Positions 10,057 to 19,294 are shown, numbered from the stretch's first letter. The stretch is DNA of 64,000 nucleotides from an uncultured Gammaproteobacteria bacterium (GCA_964633995.1 CAZWKN010000004.1:1260-65259); one strand, 5' to 3'. Translations and numbers: made by a program. The notes: a model not told the origin generated them from the sequence alone.

Positions 10057-10977
10057 ATGAAGTATGTTTTAGGGTTATTGATAGGATTGTTGATTGGTGC
10101 AAGTATTGTTTATTGGTGGCCGAGGAAGGTGGAAGTGCCTAGGCCAAAGGAATATCCTCTGCTGAAATATACGATAGAAAATTTGGGGAAGAGAACATAC
10201 GATTCGCAAATTGTATTGGACGATGAGATAAAAATGGGTGTATTTAAGTTTCACTTTTTAAGTGATGGGAAAAGAGTAAATGGTTTGGCGCATATACCGA
10301 CTGAGTGTGAAAAGTGCCCGGTTATAGTCCAATTTAGGGGATATGCGGACGTGGAAAATTACGAAAGTGGATATGGGACGGCGCATAGTGCGGAGGTCTT
10401 TGCTAAAGAGGGGTTTATTAGTTTGGCGCCGGATTTTTTGGGGTACGGGGGATCTGCTGGTCCGTCAGCTGATGTATTTGAAGCCAGGTTTGAAACCTAT
10501 ACAACGGCATTGAATCTATTGGCAGCAATTGATAAATGGCAAATGTCAAATGGTCAAATTGGGGTGTGGGGCCATAGTAATGGAGGGCAAATTGCTTTAA
10601 CAGCTCTGGAAGTAACAGGAAAAAATTATCCTACTGTATTGTGGGCGCCGGTGACTGCATCTTTTCCGTACTCGATATTGTATTTTGACGATGATGGAAA
10701 AAAATTACTGCGGCAAAAGTTGGCAAAGTTTGAGGAGGACTACGATACGGATTTGTTTTCGCTGACTAATTATTTAGATAGAATTTTTGCTCCGGTTTTA
10801 ATTCAACAAGGGACGGGAGATAGACAAGTGCCGTATGAATGGAATAGAGATTTGTTAACAAAACTCAAAACAGAGTATATAGAATATGCTGGGGCGGATC
10901 ATAATATGGTTCCGAGTTGGAATGAGGTGGTAAGAAAAGATATTGAATTTTTTAAACAACACTGGTATAAGTTATAG
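10057..10977 (+). CDS. membrane-anchored alpha/beta hydrolase (peptidase S9-like)
   Basis: N-terminal TM, PDFLGYGGS, nucleophile elbow GHSNGG, GTGDRQVP and GADHNM triad motifs. Confidence 0.85.
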   Translation: MKYVLGLLIGLLIGASIVYWWPRKVEVPRPKEYPLLKYTIENLGKRTYDSQIVLDDEIKMGVFKFHFLSDGKRVNGLAHIPTECEKCPVIVQFRGYADVENYESGYGTAHSAEVFAKEGFISLAPDFLGYGGSAGPSADVFEARFETYTTALNLLAAIDKWQMSNGQIGVWGHSNGGQIALTALEVTGKNYPTVLWAPVTASFPYSILYFDDDGKKLLRQKLAKFEEDYDTDLFSLTNYLDRIFAPVLIQQGTGDRQVPYEWNRDLLTKLKTEYIEYAGADHNMVPSWNEVVRKDIEFFKQHWYKL

Positions 10978-12579
10978 GTGCCGAAGTATGTTTTTGTTGT
11001 TGGTGGAGTAGTATCGGGCCTGGGAAAGGGGATTGTAAGTGCCTCCATAGGAATGCTTTTGAAGTCATGTGGATATAGGGTAAACATGATCAAGATAGAT
11101 CCGTATTTAAACGTAGATGCTGGAACTATGAGGCCTGCTGAGCATGGTGAGACGTTTGTGACTGGTAATGGGGGTGAGATCGATCAAGATTTGGGTAATT
11201 ATGAGAGGTTTTTGAATCAAGATTTCGGACGGGAAAATAATATTACGTCTGGGAAAATATTTAAAACAATTATTGAGCGGGAAAGGGCGATGGGTTATGA
11301 AGGCAGAGACGTAGAAATGATTCCCGATGTTCCAAACGAAGTAAAAAGGAGATTTTACGAGGCAGAAAAAGGCTTTGATTTTGTGATTGTAGAGGTGGGA
11401 GGAACAACGGGGGATATTGAGAACTTGCCGTTTTTGTATGCGGCCAGAGAGATGGGGAGAGAGCGAAAGTCGTTTTATGTAATGGTGGCCTATGTGCCAT
11501 TTTTGAAGAACGTAGGCGAACTTAAAACAAAACCTGCCCAGCATGCGATTTCATTATTAAGATCTACCGGCATAAATCCGGACATGTTGATTACCCGCTC
11601 TGAGGTTGAACTGGATGGACCTAGGAGAGAAACGCTGGCTAAGAGGTGTTTCTTGGATCAGGACATGATTATTGATGACCATGATATGAAATCAATTTAT
11701 AATGTGCCGTTGGAATTGGAAAAACAGGGAATAACAAAAAAAATACTAAAATCGTTTAAACTCACAAAAACTCCAAAGTTAACGGACTGGAAAAAATTTG
11801 TAAGTGGAACAAAGGATTTTAAAAAATCTGTAAAAATAGCGCTAGTTGGAAAATACGTAAAACATGGATCAGGAAATCACAAAGATGTTTATGTGTCAGT
11901 GTTGGAAGCTTTACGACATGCTGGTTCTAAGTTGAATGTGGGTATCGAAGTAGAAGCGATAGATGCAAATGACTTGGATGCCAAGGATTTGGCTGGTAAA
12001 GGATTTAGTGGAATTGTTGTGCCTCAGGGGTGGGGAAGTAGGGGGGTGGAAGGAAAAATCGCGGCGGTGAAGTTTGCTCGCGAGAAAAAGATTCCGTATT
12101 TGGGATTGTGCTTTGGGATGCAGATGGCGGTTGTTGAGTTTGCAAGAAATGTATGTGGGATGAAAGGAGCAAATTCTACGGAAGCAGATGCAAAGACGAA
12201 ATATCCGGTGGTGCACATAATGCCGGAGCAAGAAAAATATTTAAAGGAACATAACTATGGGGGGACGATTAGATTGGGAGCATGGCCGTGCAAAGTAAAA
12301 TTTGGGACGAGGTTAAGAGATATATACGGACAGGATGAAATAAGCGAAAGGCATAGACATAGATATGAGTTTAATAACGAATTTAGAGAAAAGTTGGAGA
12401 AATGCGGTTTAGTGATATCAGGAACAAGTCCGGATGGAAAATTGGTGGAGGCTGTTGAATTGCCCAAAAAAATACATCCATTTTTTGTGGGGACGCAATT
12501 TCATCCGGAGTATAAATCCAGACCGCTGGACCCACACCCGATATTTGTAGGTTTTATAGAAGCAACATTAAAAAAATGA
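10978..12579 (+). CDS. pyrG: CTP synthase
   Basis: GGVVSGLGKG, KIDPYLNVDAGTM, GELKTKP, GLCFGMQ, ERHRHRYE, QFHPE. Confidence 0.98.
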   Translation: MPKYVFVVGGVVSGLGKGIVSASIGMLLKSCGYRVNMIKIDPYLNVDAGTMRPAEHGETFVTGNGGEIDQDLGNYERFLNQDFGRENNITSGKIFKTIIERERAMGYEGRDVEMIPDVPNEVKRRFYEAEKGFDFVIVEVGGTTGDIENLPFLYAAREMGRERKSFYVMVAYVPFLKNVGELKTKPAQHAISLLRSTGINPDMLITRSEVELDGPRRETLAKRCFLDQDMIIDDHDMKSIYNVPLELEKQGITKKILKSFKLTKTPKLTDWKKFVSGTKDFKKSVKIALVGKYVKHGSGNHKDVYVSVLEALRHAGSKLNVGIEVEAIDANDLDAKDLAGKGFSGIVVPQGWGSRGVEGKIAAVKFAREKKIPYLGLCFGMQMAVVEFARNVCGMKGANSTEADAKTKYPVVHIMPEQEKYLKEHNYGGTIRLGAWPCKVKFGTRLRDIYGQDEISERHRHRYEFNNEFREKLEKCGLVISGTSPDGKLVEAVELPKKIHPFFVGTQFHPEYKSRPLDPHPIFVGFIEATLKK

Positions 12580-13010
12580 AGCGACTTTCTGCTGAAAAAT
12601 TTAGGGAAATTTACTCGATGGTAACTCGGCTGTGTGTTGAAGTGTTGGTTGTTAAGGACGGTAAGCTGTTGTTGACCAAGAGGGCGATAGAACCATATCT
12701 GGGAATGTGGCATTTCCCGGGTGGAACGGTAATGTATGGGGAGTTGTTGGAGGAAACAGTTAGGCGAAAGGCAGCAGAGGAGTTGGGAATTGAGGTGGTG
12801 ATTGATAGAATGTTGGGATATTTGGAATATCCAGAAATGGCTAAATTGTCAGATGGGGGTTGGGCTATTGGCGTTGTATTTAAAACTAGGTGGATAAGTG
12901 GTGATATCAAGTTGAATAATGAAGCGGTCGAATTTGGTTGGTATGATACGGTGCCGGAAAATATGATAGCAGTACAATCTAATTTTATGAAGAAAAATGA
13001 ATGGAAATAG
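12576..13010 (+). CDS. NUDIX hydrolase
   Basis: Nudix-like box GGTVMYGELLEETVRRKAAEELG. Confidence 0.85.
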   Translation: MKRLSAEKFREIYSMVTRLCVEVLVVKDGKLLLTKRAIEPYLGMWHFPGGTVMYGELLEETVRRKAAEELGIEVVIDRMLGYLEYPEMAKLSDGGWAIGVVFKTRWISGDIKLNNEAVEFGWYDTVPENMIAVQSNFMKKNEWK

Positions 13011-13299
13011 AGTTGGTTTTTTCCAGAAAGTCTATGGTATAGTAAAATCCATTCCCATGGGTGAGGTGATGACGTATGGGCAGGTGGCGAGAATATTGGG
13101 AACAAGGGATGCCAGGAGAGTGGGGCAGGCATTGCATGCCAATAAAGACAAAAATGTACCCTGTCATAGGGTTATTTTTGCAAATGGATCATTGGCGCCA
13201 AATTATGCTTTTGGAGGAGCTGAGGAGCAGAAAAAGAAATTGCTGGAAGAAGGAGTGCGATTTGAGGGCGACAAAGTGGATTTGAAAAGCTTGCACTGA
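12997..13299 (+). CDS. methylated-DNA-protein-cysteine methyltransferase (MGMT/Ogt C-terminal domain)
   Basis: IPMGEVMTYGQVA, ARRVGQAL, active site VPCHRV, QKKKLLEEGV. Confidence 0.9.
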   Translation: MNGNRVGFFQKVYGIVKSIPMGEVMTYGQVARILGTRDARRVGQALHANKDKNVPCHRVIFANGSLAPNYAFGGAEEQKKKLLEEGVRFEGDKVDLKSLH

Positions 13300-13362
13300 G
13301 CGAAGTCGAAGTGGTCAAGATGGGGTCAAGATAAATATTAATTTCGATTTGATAATTAATGG

Positions 13363-13605
13363 ATGAAATTTGAGGTGGTTAAATGTTTGGCTGGTCGGAA
13401 TTTAAAAGTTGAGGAAGTGGGTGGAATGTTGCCTCGTTTGGTGATAATGTTGGCACCTAGTGGATATGCGAATCCGGGTGATTTGCAATTTGCACGGTTC
13501 GAGAAGGCGATTGCTCTGGTTAGAGGTTGTTTTAGGGAGGGGTGTAAGAATACTGGTAATCATTGTGAAAGAGGTTTCTGGGAGGCAGATGAAAACAAGC
13601 AGTGA
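13363..13605 (+). CDS. small Cys-containing hypothetical protein
   Basis: 80-aa ORF in an otherwise empty gap. Confidence 0.5.
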   Translation: MKFEVVKCLAGRNLKVEEVGGMLPRLVIMLAPSGYANPGDLQFARFEKAIALVRGCFREGCKNTGNHCERGFWEADENKQ

Positions 13606-13798
13606 GTATGGGTGCTTGCTGGGGTTAGTTTATCGCTGTTTTGAAGTTCCTGTTGTAAGAAAACTAGAAGTTCCGGTTCCCGCAGCTAGAAATAGCTTGA
13701 AATCTCCCGACGTTTGGAGATATGGATGTCTGGGGTTGATGGTTCGAGCATTGGTAACCGTAAGACACTATTTAGAGAAAAAAGACCTTGGTGTTTAG
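13589..13798 (+). CDS. small hypothetical protein (MKTSSEYGCLLG...)
   Basis: Internal ATG of track ORF 13460-13798, preceded by GGAGG and overlapping the upstream gene end. Confidence 0.45.
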   Translation: MKTSSEYGCLLGLVYRCFEVPVVRKLEVPVPAARNSLKSPDVWRYGCLGLMVRALVTVRHYLEKKDLGV

Positions 13799-14766
13799 TT
13801 TGTAAGTAGATATCCTTCACCCCGCTTGGTTTGGATGAAGGAGCCGGAGATGCCGGAGGCTTCGAGTTTATCACGGAGGCGTTGGATGGATTTGGAAATT
13901 GCATAAAGCGAAAAGTTGTTGGGGTCGGCGAGTTCATCAAAAGTAACGACGTTTGGAGAGCGGGATTTGAGAAGGTCAAAAAGCTTTTTTTCGGCGGAAG
14001 TGAGATTGGAAATTTTATGTTGAGTTGGGGAGATGGGAGGAGCGCCGATTTTTTGGAGGAATTTTTCTGATTGTTGAATTAGGGTGGCCTTTTGTTTGGT
14101 GCGAGTGGCGTTTAGAGTCTGTGAAATTGGGGGAAGCAATTTGGATAGGGGTGAGTAAGTGAGTAGCCAATCGACAATAATTTCTGACTCAGACCAGGTG
14201 CCAGAAAGATTGTCATAAACATCTTTTCGGGTGAGTGAAGTCAAAAGACATTCGACGAGGGCGGAGAGGTTTTGATCCTGGCGTAACCAGATAGTGATGT
14301 TGTGTGGCGGTTTGTTTACGACATTAAACGACCCGCCGGTACCAAAATTGGTGGGCCAGATATTAACGCTTTTGATGGTATTTTTTAGATGAGGAATAAG
14401 ACGGTAAATTTCGGCTCGTATTTTGGCTGAATTTTTTTGCCAGGCAATTTTGAGAAGATCTAAATTTGGAGTGGGGATTTGGGATGATTCGAGTAGTTTT
14501 TGGGTGGAGGTAATCAGATCTTCGGGGACGGTCATTTTTATGCTAGGGGTGGATTTGATATCTATTCTGGAACAATGGTCCCAAAATCTGGGGATAGATA
14601 AATAGGGGAGATTGGGAAGAAGAACGATCTGGTCAGAGATTATTTTTGTGTCGTATGGCAGGACAATAAAGCCATTAAGGCGATAAAAACCGTTGGCGAT
14701 ATTGTGGGCGGTGTGGATAATGCGTAGCGCCTCGGTGCGGGGAGAAAATTGCCAGGTTGTTTTCAT
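13795..14766 (-). CDS. putative transcriptional regulator with C-terminal OmpR-type winged helix
   Basis: C-terminus LTSAEKKLFDLL...VVTFDEL...AISKSIQRLRDKL...IQTKRGEGY; unknown N-terminal domain, no receiver domain. Confidence 0.8.
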   Translation of the reverse strand: MKTTWQFSPRTEALRIIHTAHNIANGFYRLNGFIVLPYDTKIISDQIVLLPNLPYLSIPRFWDHCSRIDIKSTPSIKMTVPEDLITSTQKLLESSQIPTPNLDLLKIAWQKNSAKIRAEIYRLIPHLKNTIKSVNIWPTNFGTGGSFNVVNKPPHNITIWLRQDQNLSALVECLLTSLTRKDVYDNLSGTWSESEIIVDWLLTYSPLSKLLPPISQTLNATRTKQKATLIQQSEKFLQKIGAPPISPTQHKISNLTSAEKKLFDLLKSRSPNVVTFDELADPNNFSLYAISKSIQRLRDKLEASGISGSFIQTKRGEGYLLTN

Positions 14767-14844
14767 TGGTGAATTATAGCCTGTAGTAATTACGAGTCAA
14801 GATTGGTCAAGATATGCTTGGAGTGAATTGTATATTTATGGTTT

Positions 14845-15069
14845 ATGACAACAGGAGAACCCCCCGAAGGAGATGGTTTTGAATATTTGGTATTTGGTAT
14901 CCCCATTGGAATGTTGCTAGCAGCGGGTTTGATAGGTTTGGCCACAGATGTGTTTGGAACCCTGGATATTTTGAGTGTTGGATGTTTGGGTGTTGCGCCT
15001 GTTTGTTTAACGCCTGTCATATTGGCAATTGGAAATTCTTGGGTAAAAAAACACATTTTTTATGATTGA
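14845..15069 (+). CDS. small membrane protein (2 TM)
   Basis: 74 aa, two hydrophobic segments. Confidence 0.55.
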   Translation: MTTGEPPEGDGFEYLVFGIPIGMLLAAGLIGLATDVFGTLDILSVGCLGVAPVCLTPVILAIGNSWVKKHIFYD

Positions 15070-15197
15070 AACAGTTTGTAGGTCGTGCTTGTGGAATTTT
15101 GGCGGTGGTGGGTGCTTTTGATAGGGCTAATGAGGGTAGGATATAGAGATGTGTCGGTGTATAATGGGGCATTATTTCAAAAAAAGGTGGAGATGAC

Positions 15198-15539
15198 ATG
15201 GAGCCAGATCTGGTAAATACGTTTCTTTTTGGCAGTTTTACCACTAATGTTGAGAAAGACAATGGGGGTGTTTATTATGTTGCTCCTCGAAGAGAAGGAG
15301 GGCTTTTGGAAATTGCCGGGGTGTTGGGGGTCGTTTCAATTGGATTATTAGCTAGCGGCGTAATAATTAAATTGGGGTTCGAATTACTTTCGGAGTTGCC
15401 TGAACGTTTCCCGTGGATTTATAGGGATGTAAGAACAAGTTTGGGATTGGTTTGTTTGGGGTCAGTCGCTTTATTTGGTGGAGTATCGTTGGCATATATG
15501 AAAATTGAAGAAACTTTCAACAATTGGATTAAAAGGTGA
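15198..15539 (+). CDS. small membrane protein (2 TM)
   Basis: 113 aa with two hydrophobic stretches; SD-like AAGGTGG upstream. Confidence 0.6.
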   Translation: MEPDLVNTFLFGSFTTNVEKDNGGVYYVAPRREGGLLEIAGVLGVVSIGLLASGVIIKLGFELLSELPERFPWIYRDVRTSLGLVCLGSVALFGGVSLAYMKIEETFNNWIKR

Positions 15540-15599
15540 ATTTACCGGTGTATTATTTTTTTCTTCATAATATAAGAAAACAGTGATAGAATTCCGGAC

Positions 15600-15950
15600 A
15601 TGGCAAGCGATGAAAATTTGTCTCCTTGTGGTTATGTAGTTGGTCCAGATGGAACATTTTTACTTACTGGTGAAATGTTACAAGTGTTTTTTTGGAAAGA
15701 AAGATTAAATTATTCTGTGTTTTTGTATCGTGGCGGTGGTGAGCAGTCAGATGTGGCAATGAGAATGGGAGTTGTGGGTTTGAACAGCCTATGTGCCACG
15801 ATTTGGGGTTCAGTAGGTTTTAGAGGAGTGGCGGTTTCTAGTGATGTTATTGGTATCGGGCATGGTGAGGTCTTGCAGATTAATACTTTTGCTTTTGGGA
15901 TTTTGGCGGTGGTGGGTGCTTTTGATAGAAATAAAGAAGGTAGAGCTTAG
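15600..15950 (+). CDS. hypothetical protein
   Basis: 116-aa ORF, TAGAAT 7 nt upstream. Confidence 0.5.
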   Translation: MASDENLSPCGYVVGPDGTFLLTGEMLQVFFWKERLNYSVFLYRGGGEQSDVAMRMGVVGLNSLCATIWGSVGFRGVAVSSDVIGIGHGEVLQINTFAFGILAVVGAFDRNKEGRA

Positions 15951-16002
15951 GGAAAGATTGGTGTATAATGGGGTATCTTTCAAAGAAAGGCGGAAATGAA
16001 GT

Positions 16003-17124
16003 TTGGCTACAAAGACAAAGAAAACAGATAAAGTAACGGTTGAGTCCCCACAGTCGATGGATCAGTTGATGAAGTCGGTGGGGTATACGTTTAAAGGATT
16101 TAAGCGGGGGGAGCAGGTAGTTGGGAAAGTAGTAGAAGTAACTAGTAGGACGGTATATATAGATATCGGTGGTAAGGCAGAGGCGATAGTATCGGAAAAA
16201 GAATACGAAATGGCCAAGGATTATTTTAGAGCCATGAAGCCGGGTGATGAGGTGACCGGAACAGTGCTTATTACTGAAAACGATGCCGGACAGGTGATAT
16301 TGTCTTTGCGGCGAGCTGCGTCAGACAATAAATGGAAGGCATTTGAGCAGGCGTTGGCAGACGATAGCCCAATTGCTGTAAAGGGTAAAGAAGTTACTAA
16401 AGGAGGATTGTTGGTTGAGATAGATGGGGTATTTGGATTTATACCTTCTTCACAATTGGGGCATGAAGCAGACGCGGATTCTTCGGCGCTTATTGGTAAG
16501 ACAATTATGGTAAAGGTTATCGAGGTTGACAGGTCGATGAATAGGTTGGTATTGTCAGAAAGGGCCGTGTCTGAAGCCGCTGATATAGAAAAACGAAAGA
16601 CTGCCCTAACAGCTGTAAAGGTTGGTGGAGAGTATGAGGGAACAGTGGTAGGCATGGTGCCGTTTGGAGCATTTATTGAAATTAGTGTGGGTAAAGGTGC
16701 GAAGGTTCAGGGTTTGGAAGGACTAGTACATATCTCCGAGATTACTTGGGACAAGGTGGACGATGTGAGTAAAGTCTTAAAAGAAGGTGAAAAAGTAAAA
16801 GTTCAAGTTATAGGAATTGACGAGGAAAACGGTAAGTTGGCACTGTCTATGAAAAGGTTGTCTTCAGATCCTTGGCTAATTGCTATATCCAAATACAATG
16901 TGGATTCAAAACACAGGGGTGTGGTTTCAAAGATAGTTCCTTATGGTATTTTGGTCAAGCTGGAACGAGGGATTGAGGGATTGATTCATGCATCCAAGAT
17001 GCCGGTTGATAAAGCATTTAAAGAGGGTGATGAAGTGGATGTCTTTGTGGAGTCGGTTGATTTGGATAAACGAAGGCTATCTTTGGGGGTGGTATTAACT
17101 ACAGTCCCGGTGGGATATAAATAA
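16003..17124 (+). CDS. rpsA: 30S ribosomal protein S1 (four S1 domains)
   Basis: Repeated S1 motifs (GFIPSSQL, PFGAFIEI...EGLVHISEITW, PYGILVKL...EGLIHAS). Confidence 0.93.
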   Translation: MATKTKKTDKVTVESPQSMDQLMKSVGYTFKGFKRGEQVVGKVVEVTSRTVYIDIGGKAEAIVSEKEYEMAKDYFRAMKPGDEVTGTVLITENDAGQVILSLRRAASDNKWKAFEQALADDSPIAVKGKEVTKGGLLVEIDGVFGFIPSSQLGHEADADSSALIGKTIMVKVIEVDRSMNRLVLSERAVSEAADIEKRKTALTAVKVGGEYEGTVVGMVPFGAFIEISVGKGAKVQGLEGLVHISEITWDKVDDVSKVLKEGEKVKVQVIGIDEENGKLALSMKRLSSDPWLIAISKYNVDSKHRGVVSKIVPYGILVKLERGIEGLIHASKMPVDKAFKEGDEVDVFVESVDLDKRRLSLGVVLTTVPVGYK

Positions 17125-17166
17125 GTGTTGAAGAGCAGGAGAGTAGAAGAGTATAAGTAGTATCTA

Positions 17167-18444
17167 ATGACAAAAATACGGTCTAGTTATGTGTGTCAGC
17201 AGTGTGGGTATGTCCAGAGCCAGTGGAGTGGTAAGTGTCCCGAGTGTGATACGTGGAATTCGTTAGTAGAAACAGTTGCAGAAATCGCAAATCGCAAATC
17301 GCAAATCGCAAATAAGTCAAAAATATATCAACTATCTGATATAAAAATTGACGAGAAGAAGAGGATAAAGACGGGGATTGAAGAATTGGATAGTGTAATG
17401 GGGGGCGGATTGGTGGCTGGAATGGTGGTGCTGATTGCAGGAGAACCGGGAATTGGAAAAAGTACGTTGTTGACTCAAATAGGAAATGGGTCATTATATG
17501 TTTGCGGCGAAGAAAGTGCGTCTCAGGTGGCTTTGAGAGCGAAACGATTAAGCTTAAAAGGAGAAATGGATTTGTTGGAATCGACTGATGTGGATGAAAT
17601 CGTAAATAAGATGGATGGGGCTAAATTTGTGATAGTGGACTCGGTCCAGACATTAACGACCTCGGATTTGACGGGGACGGCTGGAAGTGTGGGTCAGGTG
17701 AGGGAGTGTGCAGCTAGATTGACTATGGCGGCAAAGAGACTAAATATCCCGCTGTTTATGGTCGGGCATGTAACTAAGGAAGGTAATATTGCAGGGCCCA
17801 TGGTGCTAATGCATGTAGTTGATACCGTATTGTGGTTTGAAGGTGAGCGGGGGCAGACATTGAGACTGATTAGGGCGGTAAAAAATAGATTTGGGCCCAC
17901 AGATGAAGTGGGGGTGTTTGAGATGAAAGAAGCTGGGCTTGTGGGGGTGAGTAATCCATCAGAACTAATGCTTGAAGAGCGGGTAAAAAACGTGCCGGGA
18001 AGTGTTGTGTCTGTAGTGTTGGAAGGCTCACGGCCAATGCTTATAGAAATTCAAGCTTTGGTTGTATCGAGTCAGTTGGCAATTCCCCGACGAGTGGGGA
18101 CTGGGTTGGATATGGCGAGATTGCAAATGTTGATTGCGGTGCTTATGAAAAGGGCCGGCTTGCAACTGGGGAGCGAGGATATTTTTGTGAATGTGACTGG
18201 GGGGATAAGGTTGGCAGATAGGGGAATAGATTTGGCTGTTTGTTTGGCAGTGGCCTCAAGTTTTTTAAACAAGAGTTTGGCTGGGGATATTGCCGCTGTG
18301 GGAGAAGTGGGATTGTTGGGAGAGGTGCGTAAGGTGACGGGATTAGAAAGGCGGGTTAAGGAGGCTAAGAAGTTGGGGTATAGAGTGGCTTCGGCAGAGT
18401 CGGGTAAGAGTGTGTCGGCGGCGATAAAAAAACTCCTAAACTAG
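17167..18444 (+). CDS. radA: DNA repair protein RadA/Sms
   Basis: C4 zinc finger CQQCG...GKCPECDTW, Walker A GEPGIGKST, KNRFG motif, GEVGLLGE. Confidence 0.97.
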   Translation: MTKIRSSYVCQQCGYVQSQWSGKCPECDTWNSLVETVAEIANRKSQIANKSKIYQLSDIKIDEKKRIKTGIEELDSVMGGGLVAGMVVLIAGEPGIGKSTLLTQIGNGSLYVCGEESASQVALRAKRLSLKGEMDLLESTDVDEIVNKMDGAKFVIVDSVQTLTTSDLTGTAGSVGQVRECAARLTMAAKRLNIPLFMVGHVTKEGNIAGPMVLMHVVDTVLWFEGERGQTLRLIRAVKNRFGPTDEVGVFEMKEAGLVGVSNPSELMLEERVKNVPGSVVSVVLEGSRPMLIEIQALVVSSQLAIPRRVGTGLDMARLQMLIAVLMKRAGLQLGSEDIFVNVTGGIRLADRGIDLAVCLAVASSFLNKSLAGDIAAVGEVGLLGEVRKVTGLERRVKEAKKLGYRVASAESGKSVSAAIKKLLN

Positions 18445-18457
18445 GTTTTTCCTCAGG

Positions 18458-18574
18458 TTATCCACAGGCGAAAAGTGCAAAGTGTTAAGTGCAAAGTGCT
18501 AATACTAGTTATCCACAATGGGCTGTGTTATGCGGCAAATTAGGTATATTTGTATGCTATAGGTCTGTGGATAA
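18458..18574. promoter_or_regulatory. cluster of three perfect DnaA boxes
   Basis: TTATCCACA at 18458 and 18509, TGTGGATAA at 18566. Confidence 0.7.
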
Positions 18575-18597
18575 ATGGCCCATAGAAAACTATGGGA

Positions 18598-18626
18598 TTG
18601 ATAAAATTGACAGGGGTTGGTATACT
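18598..18626 (+). promoter_or_regulatory. sigma70-type promoter
   Basis: TTGATA, 17 bp spacer, TATACT, followed 5 nt later by GTG. Confidence 0.6.
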
Positions 18627-18656
18627 CCCGGGTGAGGACCACAAGTAGCAAGAGTT

Positions 18657-18797
18657 ATGCGTAAACTGCTCAGATTATGGTTTCGTAAGAGTGCCGTACG
18701 AAGACGGGGTGTTTTGGGGAGCAATTGGATGAGAGGGCAATTGGCCCAGGCTGTAAAGGTGAATCAAGGAGTTATTTTGATGGGGATGGGGAGGTAG
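18657..18797 (+). CDS. putative 46-aa cationic peptide
   Basis: MRKLLRLWFRKSAVRRRGVLGSNWMRGQLAQAVKVNQGVILMGMGR; start overlaps the stop region of a 10-aa uORF (18632-18664), stop overlaps the next GTG. Confidence 0.3.
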   Translation: MRKLLRLWFRKSAVRRRGVLGSNWMRGQLAQAVKVNQGVILMGMGR

Positions 18798-19015
18798 TGA
18801 ATAATACTATGTTTACCGAGGCATCGAGACGATTATTGTTAGACAAGGCCAGGTTCGATCACGCGAGTGGTTGGGTGCTGTGGGGGGCGAGTATGTTGGC
18901 GTTGGTTACAGGAAATAGAGATTTGGGTATTTTATTCCTGGGGTTATCTTTTCCGGTATCGATTGATGCTGCTACTAGTTATTTCTCGGCATTTGTTCAC
19001 AAAAATAGGCATTAA
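18797..19015 (+). CDS. small hydrophobic protein (start could alternatively be TTG 18725)
   Basis: Hydrophobic core GWVLWGASMLALVTG..LGILFLGLSF; GTG overlaps the upstream TAG, GGGAGG upstream. Confidence 0.5.
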   Translation: MNNTMFTEASRRLLLDKARFDHASGWVLWGASMLALVTGNRDLGILFLGLSFPVSIDAATSYFSAFVHKNRH

Positions 19016-19107
19016 AAAAGAGCATCGCCATCGCTGGATTGAGGACCACGAGTAGCAATGCCCTTTGAGAGATAATCGCCTGGACAGATACGGCGATTTT
19101 CACTTGA
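19013..19107 (-). ncRNA. candidate small antisense RNA
   Basis: TTGACA at 19137-19142(-) plus extended -10 TGTTATCAC; hairpin AATCGCC-11nt-GGCGATT; terminator AGGGCATTGCTA...TGGCGATGCTCT-TTTTT. Confidence 0.55.
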
Positions 19108-19294
19108 TAACGGTGATAACATTTAAAGATCACCCTTGTCAAGAAAAAAAAGTCCTTATATTTCGCACCTTTTTAAATTAATTAGCCTCTTTGATGTGTA
19201 CTCAGCATGGAGGACCTGAAAAACGTAGTGGAATTTGATAGTGAGCAGGGCAGGCTGACTATTAGTCCACTTGTCCAGGTCTTCCATGGTGAGT

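Larger units (their letters stand above)
15096..16000 (+). repeat. ~105-bp imperfect direct repeat (15096-15197 vs 15900-16000) including promoter and SD
   Basis: 29 bp identical ATTTTGGCGGTGGTGGGTGCTTTTGATAG at 15096 and 15900, then GGTGTATAATGGGG...TTTCAAA..AAGGYGGA.ATGA in both copies. Confidence 0.85.

Noticed and set aside
18458-18574. Active replication origin
   Set aside because: No dnaA/dnaN nearby and no visible GC-skew reversal; kept only as a DnaA-box cluster
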